From contig OZ219787.1 of the NCBI GenBank assembly GCA_964291285.2, positions 1,184,001 through 1,248,000 of the forward strand: a stretch of 64,000 bases of DNA, given 5' to 3'. How positions within the stretch are numbered: position 1 is the stretch's first letter; each line of letters starts with the position of its first letter. This DNA is from Alphaproteobacteria bacterium. Lineage in GTDB: Bacteria; Pseudomonadota; Alphaproteobacteria; Bin95. Both the position numbers and the translations under genes were made by a program. Below the pieces are notes generated by a model. The model searched no databases. It was not told where the DNA came from and saw only the letters and a list, made by a program, of their open reading frames with translations. Positions 1 through 10,468 of this stretch are shown here, one piece after another.

Positions 1-348
1 GTGGTCCAGATCGAGCAGGCGCCGCACGGCGCCCTCCGTCGTTCCGAGCTCGGCGGCAAGCGCGGTGTTGCCCAGTCCGTGGCCGCGCATGGCGCAATAG
101 AGCGCCAGTTTCGCCGCCGCCAGGGCGGGCAGGGCGATCAGCGGCCGCCCGCGGGCCGGAGACGGTTTCGGAACGGAGCGCCGCAGTTCGATATACCCGC
201 CCAGGGCCGCGATGAGGCAGTCCTCTGCTTCAGACAGGGCCTCCTCGTCCGTATCGCCTTCGGTCAGGGCCTCGGGAATGTCGGGGAATGACACAAGGAC
301 GGTTCCGTCGCATTGCGGTTCCAGACTCACGGGATAGGCGAGCCGCAT
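1..348 (-). CDS. hicB: HicB-family antitoxin (runs off the window edge; not in the ORF track)
   Basis: Manual translation MRLAYPVSLEPQCDGTVLVSFPDIPEALTEGDTDEEALSEAEDCL...ELGTTEGAVRRLLDLDH shows the HicB N-terminal V-x-FPD-x-P motif and a C-terminal HTH; it lies directly downstream of hicA. Alternative in-frame ATG at 375. Confidence 0.85.
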   Translation of the reverse strand, partial: MRLAYPVSLEPQCDGTVLVSFPDIPEALTEGDTDEEALSEAEDCLIAALGGYIELRRSVPKPSPARGRPLIALPALAAAKLALYCAMRGHGLGNTALAAELGTTEGAVRRLLDLDH

Positions 349-381
349 CGTTTGTGCCTTTCTGTGCGCTGTCATTGATGC

Positions 382-597
382 TCACCTCATGTCGTCGCGG
401 GTCAGCCCCAGCTGCCGCAACATGGTGGCAAGCAGACCCCGGCCGATTTCCTTGCGGCGGTCCTTCACTGTGGTGAAGCGTTGCCCGAGAAAGAGCCGTC
501 CGTGGCTTCCCTTGCCTTTCCGGGAATCGAAACGCACCGTGATCCCACGCTCCCTGCCTATTTGCCTGACGCGCGCAATAAACTCTTCGCCAGTCAT
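382..597 (-). CDS. hicA: HicA-family mRNA interferase toxin
   Basis: 71-aa basic protein with the GKGSH motif and a C-terminal 'EIGRGLLATMLRQLGL' typical of HicA; it precedes hicB. Confidence 0.85.
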   Translation of the reverse strand: MTGEEFIARVRQIGRERGITVRFDSRKGKGSHGRLFLGQRFTTVKDRRKEIGRGLLATMLRQLGLTRDDMR

Positions 598-653
598 GGT
601 AATCGTACAGATATGTACGAATCAAGGTTCAATCTGCAGCGACGCCGCTCCCC

Positions 654-2111
654 TCACCCCGCCATGCCGCCGACGGTCATGGCGTCGATGCGGAGCGTGG
701 GCTGGCCGACGCCGACGGGGACGGACTGGCCGTCCTTGCCGCACATGCCGATGCCGTCGTCGAACGCCAGATCGTTGCCGATCATGGCGACGCGGGTGAG
801 CGCGTCCGGGCCGTTGCCGATCAGCATCGCGCCGCGCACCGGGGCCGCGACCTTTCCGTTCTCGATCAGATAGGCCTCGGTCGCGTTGAAGACGAACTTG
901 CCGTTGGTCACGTCCACCTGCCCGCCGCCGAACTGGACCGCGTAGAGGCCCCGGTCCACGGACGCGATCACCTCCTCCGGGTCGCGGTCACCGGCCAGCA
1001 TGAAGGTGTTGGTCATGCGCGGCATGGGCGCATGCGCGAAGGACTCGCGCCGGCCGTTGCCGGTGGGCGCCACGCCCATCAGCCGCGCGTTCAGCCGGTC
1101 CTGCAGGAAGCCCTTCAATATGCCGTCCTCGATCAGCACGTTGCGGGCGGTGGGGGTGCCCTCGTCATCGACGGTGAGCGAGCCGCGCCGGTCCTCCAGC
1201 CCGCCATCGTCCACCACGGTCACGCCCGGCGCCGCCACGCGCTCGCCGATGAGGCCGGCGAAGGCGCTGGTGCCCTTGCGGTTGAAATCGCCCTCGAGCC
1301 CGTGGCCGACCGCCTCGTGCAGCAGCACGCCCGGCCAGCCGGGGCCGAGCACGACGCTCATCTCGCCGGCGGGCGCGGGCACCGCGTCGATCTTGACCAG
1401 CGCCTGGCGGAGCGCCTCGTCCACCTGCGCCTTCCAGGCCGCTTCCTCCAGGAATTCCCCGAAGCCGACGCGCCCGCCGCATCCATGAGAGCCGGTCTCC
1501 ACCCGCCCGTCCGGGGCCTGCACGGCGATCTGCACCCGCACCACCACGAGCGGGCGGATGTCCGCGGCCGCCTCGCCGCCCGCGCGCTGGATGCGCACCG
1601 CCTGCCAGCTTCCGGAGAGCGAGGCGGTGACCTGCACGACGCGCGGGTCGGCGGCGCGGGCATAGGCGTCGATTCGCGCCAGCAGCGCCGCCTTCTCGGC
1701 GAAATCGGGCGCGTCCAGCGGGTTCTCCGGGCCGTAGAGCCGCCGGTTGGCCGCCGCCGGCGGCAGCGCCAGCGCGCCGCTCCGTCCGGAGGAGACCGCG
1801 CGCACCGCCTCGGCCGCGCGGCTGAGCGCCGGCTCGTCGAGGCTCGCGGCATGGGCGTAGCCGGTCGCCTCGCCCGAGACCGCGCGCAGCCCGAAACCCT
1901 GGCTGATGTCGTAGGTGGCGCCGGCGAGCCGGCCGTCATCCAGGGTCAGCCCCTCCGAGACCGCATATTGCAGGTAGAGCTCGCCGTCGTCCGCGCCCCT
2001 GAGCGCGTCGTCGAGAATGCGTTCGGCGGCGGCGCGGTCGAGGCCGGCGGATCCGAAGAAGACGGCTTCCGTCTCCTCGAGAGGGGCAGGGCGGGGAAGG
2101 GCGGAAGACAT
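654..2111 (-). CDS. tldD: Metalloprotease TldD
   Basis: LLHEAVGHGLEGDFNRKG (HExxxH) and C-terminal CGKDGQSVPVGVGQPTL. The real start is probably MSSALP at 2111; the upstream part of the track ORF is antisense to coxB. Confidence 0.95.
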   Translation of the reverse strand: MSSALPRPAPLEETEAVFFGSAGLDRAAAERILDDALRGADDGELYLQYAVSEGLTLDDGRLAGATYDISQGFGLRAVSGEATGYAHAASLDEPALSRAAEAVRAVSSGRSGALALPPAAANRRLYGPENPLDAPDFAEKAALLARIDAYARAADPRVVQVTASLSGSWQAVRIQRAGGEAAADIRPLVVVRVQIAVQAPDGRVETGSHGCGGRVGFGEFLEEAAWKAQVDEALRQALVKIDAVPAPAGEMSVVLGPGWPGVLLHEAVGHGLEGDFNRKGTSAFAGLIGERVAAPGVTVVDDGGLEDRRGSLTVDDEGTPTARNVLIEDGILKGFLQDRLNARLMGVAPTGNGRRESFAHAPMPRMTNTFMLAGDRDPEEVIASVDRGLYAVQFGGGQVDVTNGKFVFNATEAYLIENGKVAAPVRGAMLIGNGPDALTRVAMIGNDLAFDDGIGMCGKDGQSVPVGVGQPTLRIDAMTVGGMAG

Positions 2112-2303
2112 GGGGGCGGGCGCTCCTCGGGCGGGGTTGCGGCAGGCGGCGAGACAGGGGATTCTACAGCAGCGCGGGAAAACTTGGGACAACGGGTCGC
2201 ATAAAACGCGGAGCTTGCCGCTTCTATTGTCGACTCGGTCTCTGCAAGGCCCGCAATCCGGGCTATGACAGGCCCAGTCGAGGACGTTCGAGGACCGTCT
2301 GCC

Positions 2304-4795
<2,492 letters not shown>

Positions 4796-4840
4796 CGCCC
4801 GTCCGCTGGTCTCCGCCAAGCCGGAGGGCCGACCGAACCC

Positions 4841-5767
4841 GTGAGCGACGCCTCCACTGCAGGAACCGCCGGCCTCGTGCCGCCCGCCGGCGCCGGCTTT
4901 GCGCCAACCGCCGGCGTCGGCGACTATCTCGCGCTGCTGAAGCCGCGCGTCATGTCGCTGGTCGTCTTCACCGGGCTGGTCGGCATGGCGATTGCGCCGG
5001 GCTCGCTGCATCCGCTGCTGGCGGCTGTTGCCGTGCTCTGCATCGCCGCCGGGGCGGGCGCGTCGGGCGCAGTGAACATGTGGTACGACCGCGATATCGA
5101 CGCCGTGATGGAGCGCACGCGCGCCCGGCCGCTGCCGCAGGGCCTGATCGAGCCGGACGATGCGCTCGCCTTCGGCATCCTGCTGTCGGCAGGCGCGGTC
5201 GGCATGATGGGCCTCGCTGTCAACTGGCTCGCCGCCGGCCTGCTGGCGCTCACCATCGCCTTCTATGTCTTCGTCTATACGATCTGGCTCAAGCGCCGCA
5301 CACCGCAGAACATCGTGATCGGCGGGGCGGCCGGGGCAATCCCGCCGGTGATCGGCTGGGCCGCGGTCACGGGCGATCTGGCGCTGACGCCGCTCTGCCT
5401 GTTCGCCATCGTCTTTATGTGGACGCCGCCGCATTTCTGGGCGCTCGCGCTCACCCGCTCGGGCGACTATGCCGCCGCCGGCGTGCCGATGCTGCCGGTG
5501 ACGGCCGGCGCGAGGGAGACCCGGCGGCAGATCCTGATCTACAGCGCCGTGCTGGCGCCGCTCGGCCTCGCGCCCGTGGCGGCGGGCGGCCTCGGCTGGC
5601 TCTACGGCGCGGCGGCAGCGCTGCTCGGCGCCGAGTTCCTGCGCCGCGCGCTGGCCGTCTGGCGCCGCGCCGACGATGCGAGTGCGCGGTCGCTGTTCGG
5701 ATTCTCGCTCGTCTATCTGGCGGCGCTCTTCTCCGCCATGCTCGCGGACCGGGCCCTGGGGCTATGA
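4841..5767 (+). CDS. ctaB: Protoheme IX farnesyltransferase (heme o synthase)
   Basis: [36 protein letters not shown]. Confidence 0.95.
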   Translation: MSDASTAGTAGLVPPAGAGFAPTAGVGDYLALLKPRVMSLVVFTGLVGMAIAPGSLHPLLAAVAVLCIAAGAGASGAVNMWYDRDIDAVMERTRARPLPQGLIEPDDALAFGILLSAGAVGMMGLAVNWLAAGLLALTIAFYVFVYTIWLKRRTPQNIVIGGAAGAIPPVIGWAAVTGDLALTPLCLFAIVFMWTPPHFWALALTRSGDYAAAGVPMLPVTAGARETRRQILIYSAVLAPLGLAPVAAGGLGWLYGAAAALLGAEFLRRALAVWRRADDASARSLFGFSLVYLAALFSAMLADRALGL

Positions 5768-5890
5768 ATGGCGGAGCTTTCCGAAAGAGAACGCCGCCGG
5801 CGCTTCAAGAACCGGGTCCTGCTCGTGGCGCTGCTCGCCTTCGTGGTCGTCGTCTATGCGGTGAGCGTGGTGAAGATGGGGAGCGGGTGA
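5768..5890 (+). CDS. Small single-TM protein (CoxF-like; not in the ORF track)
   Basis: MAELSERERRRRFKNRVLLVALLAFVVVVYAVSVVKMGSG: a basic stretch plus a TM helix, filling the ctaB-ctaG gap where alphaproteobacteria usually have such a peptide. Confidence 0.75.
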   Translation: MAELSERERRRRFKNRVLLVALLAFVVVVYAVSVVKMGSG

Positions 5891-5893
5891 GCC

Positions 5894-6667
5894 ATGGCTG
5901 ACCGCCGCCGCAACCGGCGCATCGCCGCCGCGCTCGTCGCGGTGCCGCTGGCGATGGGCGCGCTCGCCTGGGCGTCGGCCCCGCTCTACCGGCTGTTCTG
6001 CCAGGTCACCGGCTTCGGCGGCACGCCCGGCACGGCGGCAGAAGCTCCGCAGGCGGCGGCAGATGCGCCCAGCATCGAAATCCGTTTCAACGCCGACATC
6101 GCGCCCGACCTCGACTGGCGCTTCGGCCCGGTCGAGCGTGCGGTCACGGTCCGGCTCGGCGAGCCGGCGCTGGCCTTCTACCGGGCGGAGAACCTGGGCG
6201 ACGAGCCGGTCACCGGCGCGGCGGTCTTCAATGTCACGCCGCTCAAGGCGGGCGCCTATTTCAGCAAGATCGATTGTTTCTGCTTCACCGAGCAGCGGCT
6301 GGGCCCGGGCGAGAGCGCCGACATGCCCGTGTCGTTCTTCGTCGATCCGGAGATCGCGGAGGACCCGAATGTCCGCGATGTCGGGACGATCACGCTGTCC
6401 TACACCTTTTTCAGGTCGGACGAAGAGCCGTCGGGAGACGAGGCGGCGCAGAAGCAGGCCGCCGTGAATGTTACGAATGGCGGCGCTAGCGCCGCCGCGC
6501 CGAACGCGGCAAACGATACGAATGGCGGCGTCAGCGCCGCCGCGCCGAACGCCGCGAATGTTACGAATGGCGGCGTTAGCGCCGCCGCGCCGAACGCCGC
6601 GAATGTTACGAATGGCGGCGTTAGCGCCGCCGCCCTGACCAACCGGGAGCAGACCCATGGCGGATAG
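5894..6667 (+). CDS. ctaG: Cytochrome c oxidase assembly protein CtaG/Cox11 with a repeat-derived C-terminal tail
   Basis: PLYRLFCQVTGFGG, KIDCFCF, TLSYTFF; the tail is made of NVTNGGVSAAAPNAA repeats. Confidence 0.93.
   Translation: MADRRRNRRIAAALVAVPLAMGALAWASAPLYRLFCQVTGFGGTPGTAAEAPQAAADAPSIEIRFNADIAPDLDWRFGPVERAVTVRLGEPALAFYRAENLGDEPVTGAAVFNVTPLKAGAYFSKIDCFCFTEQRLGPGESADMPVSFFVDPEIAEDPNVRDVGTITLSYTFFRSDEEPSGDEAAQKQAAVNVTNGGASAAAPNAANDTNGGVSAAAPNAANVTNGGVSAAAPNAANVTNGGVSAAALTNREQTHGG
6466..6633 (+). repeat. ~3.7 tandem copies of a 45-bp unit, each containing a GGCGGCG-N4-CGCCGCC palindrome
   Basis: Units start at 6466, 6511, 6556 and 6601; consensus GAATGTTACGAATGGCGGCGTTAGCGCCGCCGCGCCGAACGCCGC. 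Confidence 0.92.
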
Positions 6668-7475
6668 CCACGTCCAGAAGCACCCCTACCATCTGGTCGA
6701 TCCGAGCCCCTGGCCGCTGATCGGCGCCTTCGCGGCGTTCCTCGCGACCATGGGCACGGTGCTGTTCATGCATGACGGGGTGATATGGGTCATGGCGCTC
6801 GGCCTGGTGCTGATCCTCGCCACCATGGCCGTGTGGTGGCGCGACGTGATCCGCGAGGCGGAGCATGAGGGCCACCACACCCAGCCGGTGCAGATCGGGC
6901 TGCGCTTCGGCATGGCGCTGTTCATCGCCTCGGAGGTGATGTTCTTCTCGGCCTTCTTCTGGGCCTTCTTCGACGGCGCGCTGTTCTTCGGCGCGGAGGA
7001 AATGCCGGGCCGGATCGAGGCGACCGGCGGCGTCTGGCCGCCCGCCGGCGTCGTGCCCTTCGAGGCGTTCGGGCTGCCGTTCCTCAACACGCTCATCCTG
7101 CTGCTCTCGGGCGTCACCGTCACCTGGGCGCACCACGCGCTGCTGCACGGCGACCGGGCGGGGCTGATCCAGGGCCTCGCCTGCACGGTCGCGCTCGGCG
7201 TGCTGTTCACCGGCTGCCAGGTGTTTGAATACAGCCATGCCGCTTTCGGCTTCCGCGAGGGCATCTATCCCTCCACCTTCTTCATGGCGACGGGCTTCCA
7301 CGGCTTCCATGTCATCATCGGCACATGCTTCCTCACGGTCTGCCTGTTCCGGGCGATCAAGGGGCATTTCCGGCCCGACCACCATTTCGGCTTCGAGGCG
7401 GCGGCCTGGTACTGGCATTTCGTCGATGTCGTCTGGCTGTTCCTGTTCTCGGTCGTCTATATCTGGGGCAGCTAG
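6657..7475 (+). CDS. coxC: Cytochrome c oxidase subunit III
   Basis: HPYHLVDPSPWP, ATGFHGFHV, AAWYWHFVDVVW. Confidence 0.97.
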   Translation: MADSHVQKHPYHLVDPSPWPLIGAFAAFLATMGTVLFMHDGVIWVMALGLVLILATMAVWWRDVIREAEHEGHHTQPVQIGLRFGMALFIASEVMFFSAFFWAFFDGALFFGAEEMPGRIEATGGVWPPAGVVPFEAFGLPFLNTLILLLSGVTVTWAHHALLHGDRAGLIQGLACTVALGVLFTGCQVFEYSHAAFGFREGIYPSTFFMATGFHGFHVIIGTCFLTVCLFRAIKGHFRPDHHFGFEAAAWYWHFVDVVWLFLFSVVYIWGS

Positions 7476-7478
7476 GCC

Positions 7479-8162
7479 ATTCGGCGGCGCTTTCCGTTCG
7501 CGCTCTTCGTCCTGCCGGCGCTGGCGGTCCTGATCGGCCTCGGCGTCTGGCAGCTTGACCGGCGGGAGTGGAAACGGGAGCTGATCGACCGTGCGGCGGC
7601 CCGGCTCGCCGAACCTCCGCTCACCGCGGTTGCCGGCATCGGTCCCGGCGATGCATGGCGCCGCGTCCGGCTCGCGGGCGCGTGGGAGGCTCCCGAACTA
7701 TTGCTCCAGAGCCGCACCTGGAGCGGCCGGGTGGGGTTCGACGTGCTGGCGTCCTTCCGGCCCTCGGGCGCGGCGGTTTCGGTTCTGGTCAACCGGGGAT
7801 GGGTGGAGCCGGCCCGCCGCGCGCCGGATACACGCGTCCCGCCCCCGGCGGCGCTGGAGGGCGTGGTGCGCTTCCCGAGCGAGCCTGGCCGCTTCGCCGT
7901 TGACAACGACCCGGCGCGCGGCATGTGGTTCCATATCGACCCCAAAGCGGCAGCGGCGCATCTCGGCCGGCCGCTCCTGCCTTTCTACATCCAGGCCGCG
8001 CCCGCCGCCGATGCGCCGGACTGGCCGCGCGCCCGCCCCCCGGAGCCGCGCTTCCGCAACGACCATCTGCAATATGCGCTCACATGGTTTGCGCTCGCCG
8101 GGGCCGTGGCTATCCTCTACCTGGTCTGGAGACGCCGGCCGGGGAGGGAAGGGCCGAGATGA
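7479..8162 (+). CDS. surf1: SURF1/Shy1 family oxidase assembly protein (no canonical start; possible ATT start)
   Basis: The open frame directly after the coxC TAG reads IRRRFPFALFVLPALAVLIGLGVWQLDRREWK...VLVNRGWV...NDHLQYALTWF. Confidence 0.85.
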   Translation: MRRRFPFALFVLPALAVLIGLGVWQLDRREWKRELIDRAAARLAEPPLTAVAGIGPGDAWRRVRLAGAWEAPELLLQSRTWSGRVGFDVLASFRPSGAAVSVLVNRGWVEPARRAPDTRVPPPAALEGVVRFPSEPGRFAVDNDPARGMWFHIDPKAAAAHLGRPLLPFYIQAAPAADAPDWPRARPPEPRFRNDHLQYALTWFALAGAVAILYLVWRRRPGREGPR

Positions 8163-8171
8163 GGGAACGGG

Positions 8172-9512
8172 ATGCCGCGCCAGCTTCGCCTTAACCTGTT
8201 CGTCCACAGCCGCGGCCATCACGAGGCGTCCTGGCGCCATCCCGAGGCCTCGCCGCTGGCGCTTACGGATTTCGAGTTCCACCGCGAGCTCGCCTGCAAG
8301 GCGGAGGACGCGGCGTTCGATTCGATCTTCCTGGCGGACAGCCTCTCCATGTCCGGCGAAGTGGTGCACACGGCGCGCAGCTGGCTGGAGCCGGTCACGC
8401 TGCTGGGCGCGCTCGCCGCGGCGACTTCGAAGATCGGGCTGATCGCGACCGCCTCGACCACCTATACCGAGCCCTTCAACCTCGCGCGCCAGTTCGCCTC
8501 GCTGGACCACATCAGCAACGGCCGGATCGGCTGGAACATCGTGACTTCCTGGTCGGTCGCCGCAGCGCACAATTACGGTGACGACATCCAGGTGAGCCAT
8601 GCCGACCGCTACGCCCGCGCCGAGGAATACATGACGGTCGCCAAGGCCCTCTGGGACAGCTGGGCCGACGATGCAGTGCTCGACGACCGCCCGGCGGGCC
8701 GCTATGCGAAGCCCGGCAGCATCCACGCGCTCGACCATGCCGGCGAGCATTACAGGGTCGCCGGGCCGCTGAATGTGCCGCGCTGCCCGCAGGGGCGGCC
8801 GGTCTTCGTGCAGGCGGGGTCGTCGGAGACGGGGCGCGATTTCGCCGCCCGCCATGCCGAAGTGGTGTTCACCGCGCAGCTGGAGAAGGCGACGGCGCAG
8901 GCTTTCTACGCCGACCTGAAGGCGCGGGCGGCGAAGGCCGGGCGCGATCCGGACCGGGTGGCGATCCTGCCGGGTTTCAGCCCCCTCATCGCCGACACGC
9001 GGGAGGAGGCGGAGCGCCTCGTCTTGGAACTGAACGGGCTGGCCGACCCGGAAGTCGGCAGGAGGCGGCTCTCCGGACGCTTCGGCGGCTTCGACTTCAG
9101 CCATCTCGAACTCGACCGGCCGCTGACGGCGGCGGACTTCCCCGACCCCGACACGGTCGAGGCGGCGCGCAGCCGGGCGGCGACCATCGTGGGCCTCGTC
9201 GAGCGCGAGCGCCCGAGCTTGCGCCAATTACTGGCGAAGCTCGCCGGAGCGCGCGGCCACTACACCTTCGCCGGCACGGCGGAGCAGACGGCGGACTTCA
9301 TGGAGGAGTGGCTGGCGGACGGCGCCGCGGACGGCTTCAACCTCATGCCGCCCGTGCTGCCCTGGATGCTCGATGCCTTCATCGAGCGTGTCCTGCCGAT
9401 CCTGCGCGAGCGGGGCCTCTTCCGCGAAGCCTATTCCGGCTCGACGCTCCGCGCCCATTACGGCCTCGCCCGGCCCGCGCCCGAACTCCCGCCGGGCGCG
9501 CGGGCGATATAG
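8172..9512 (+). CDS. LLM-class FMNH2-dependent monooxygenase (NtaA/DmoA/DszA-like)
   Basis: FDSIFLAD, TASTTYTEPFNLARQFASLDHISNGRIGWNIVTS, PQGRPVFVQAGSS. Confidence 0.9.
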   Translation: MPRQLRLNLFVHSRGHHEASWRHPEASPLALTDFEFHRELACKAEDAAFDSIFLADSLSMSGEVVHTARSWLEPVTLLGALAAATSKIGLIATASTTYTEPFNLARQFASLDHISNGRIGWNIVTSWSVAAAHNYGDDIQVSHADRYARAEEYMTVAKALWDSWADDAVLDDRPAGRYAKPGSIHALDHAGEHYRVAGPLNVPRCPQGRPVFVQAGSSETGRDFAARHAEVVFTAQLEKATAQAFYADLKARAAKAGRDPDRVAILPGFSPLIADTREEAERLVLELNGLADPEVGRRRLSGRFGGFDFSHLELDRPLTAADFPDPDTVEAARSRAATIVGLVERERPSLRQLLAKLAGARGHYTFAGTAEQTADFMEEWLADGAADGFNLMPPVLPWMLDAFIERVLPILRERGLFREAYSGSTLRAHYGLARPAPELPPGARAI

Positions 9513-9535
9513 CCGGAAGCAGAAGGAACATCGGT

Positions 9536-10426
9536 ATGAGCGCGACGCCCGTCACCTTCTATTCCGAAGGGTTCAAGCTGGTGGGGGACCTGTACCGGCC
9601 GGCCGGCCTCGCGCCGGGAGAGCGGCGGGCGGGCATCGTGCTTTGCCACGGCTATACCGGGGTGAAGGACCTCTATCTGCCGGACAATGCCCGCGTGCTG
9701 ACCGAGGCCGGCTATGTCGTGCTGGCCTTCGACTACAAGGGCTGGGGCGAGAGCGAGGGGCCGCGCACGCGCCTGGCGCCCTACAGCCGGGTGGCGGACG
9801 TGCAGGCGGCGCTCACCTTCCTCGGCGCGCAGGCGGAGGTGGACGAGGCGCGGCTCGGCATTTACGGCACCAGCTATGGCGGCGCCACGGTGGTGTGGAC
9901 CGGCGCGGTCGACCGGCGGGTGAAATGCGTCGTCAGCGTGGTCGGCATCGGCCACGGGGAACGGTGGATGCGCAGCGTGCGCCGGCCGGACGAGTGGTTC
10001 GACCTGCTGGAGCGCTCCGCCGGGGACCGGGTGAAGCGCGCGATGGAAGGCGAGTCGGAGTGGGTCGAGCGCAGCGAGGTGCTGCTGCCGGACCGCCAGT
10101 CGGCTGAACTGGCGGCCGCCGCGCGGCGCAATGTGCCCTCCGCGCTCAACACGCTGCCGCTCGAATATGTCGATGAGACGCTGGGCTTCCACCCGGAATG
10201 GATCGTGGACAGGATCGCGCCCCGCCCGGTGCTCTTCATCACCACCGACGACGACCGGCTGGTGCCGCCGGAGGAGTCGCAGGCGCTCTACGACCGGGCC
10301 GGCGAGCCGAAGAAGCTGGTCGTGCTCAAGGGCTACGGCCACTACGAGGTCTATGTGGACCCCGCCTTCACCGAGGTGATGGACGAAACGCTCGCCTGGT
10401 TCCGGGAGCATCTGCCGGCGGCGTAG
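9536..10426 (+). CDS. Alpha/beta-fold hydrolase
   Basis: CHGYTG oxyanion region, FDYKGWGESEG, nucleophile elbow GTSYGG, and C-terminal D...GH triad residues. Confidence 0.85.
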   Translation: MSATPVTFYSEGFKLVGDLYRPAGLAPGERRAGIVLCHGYTGVKDLYLPDNARVLTEAGYVVLAFDYKGWGESEGPRTRLAPYSRVADVQAALTFLGAQAEVDEARLGIYGTSYGGATVVWTGAVDRRVKCVVSVVGIGHGERWMRSVRRPDEWFDLLERSAGDRVKRAMEGESEWVERSEVLLPDRQSAELAAAARRNVPSALNTLPLEYVDETLGFHPEWIVDRIAPRPVLFITTDDDRLVPPEESQALYDRAGEPKKLVVLKGYGHYEVYVDPAFTEVMDETLAWFREHLPAA

Positions 10427-10468
10427 GGGGCTGCTCCGTCGCCTGTCCGCAGCCGAAAGGGGACGCCG

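Noticed and set aside
6466-6633. Possible CRISPR array (regular palindromic repeats)
   Set aside because: The sequences between palindromes are near-identical rather than unique spacers, the units are in frame within ctaG, and there are no cas genes in the window.
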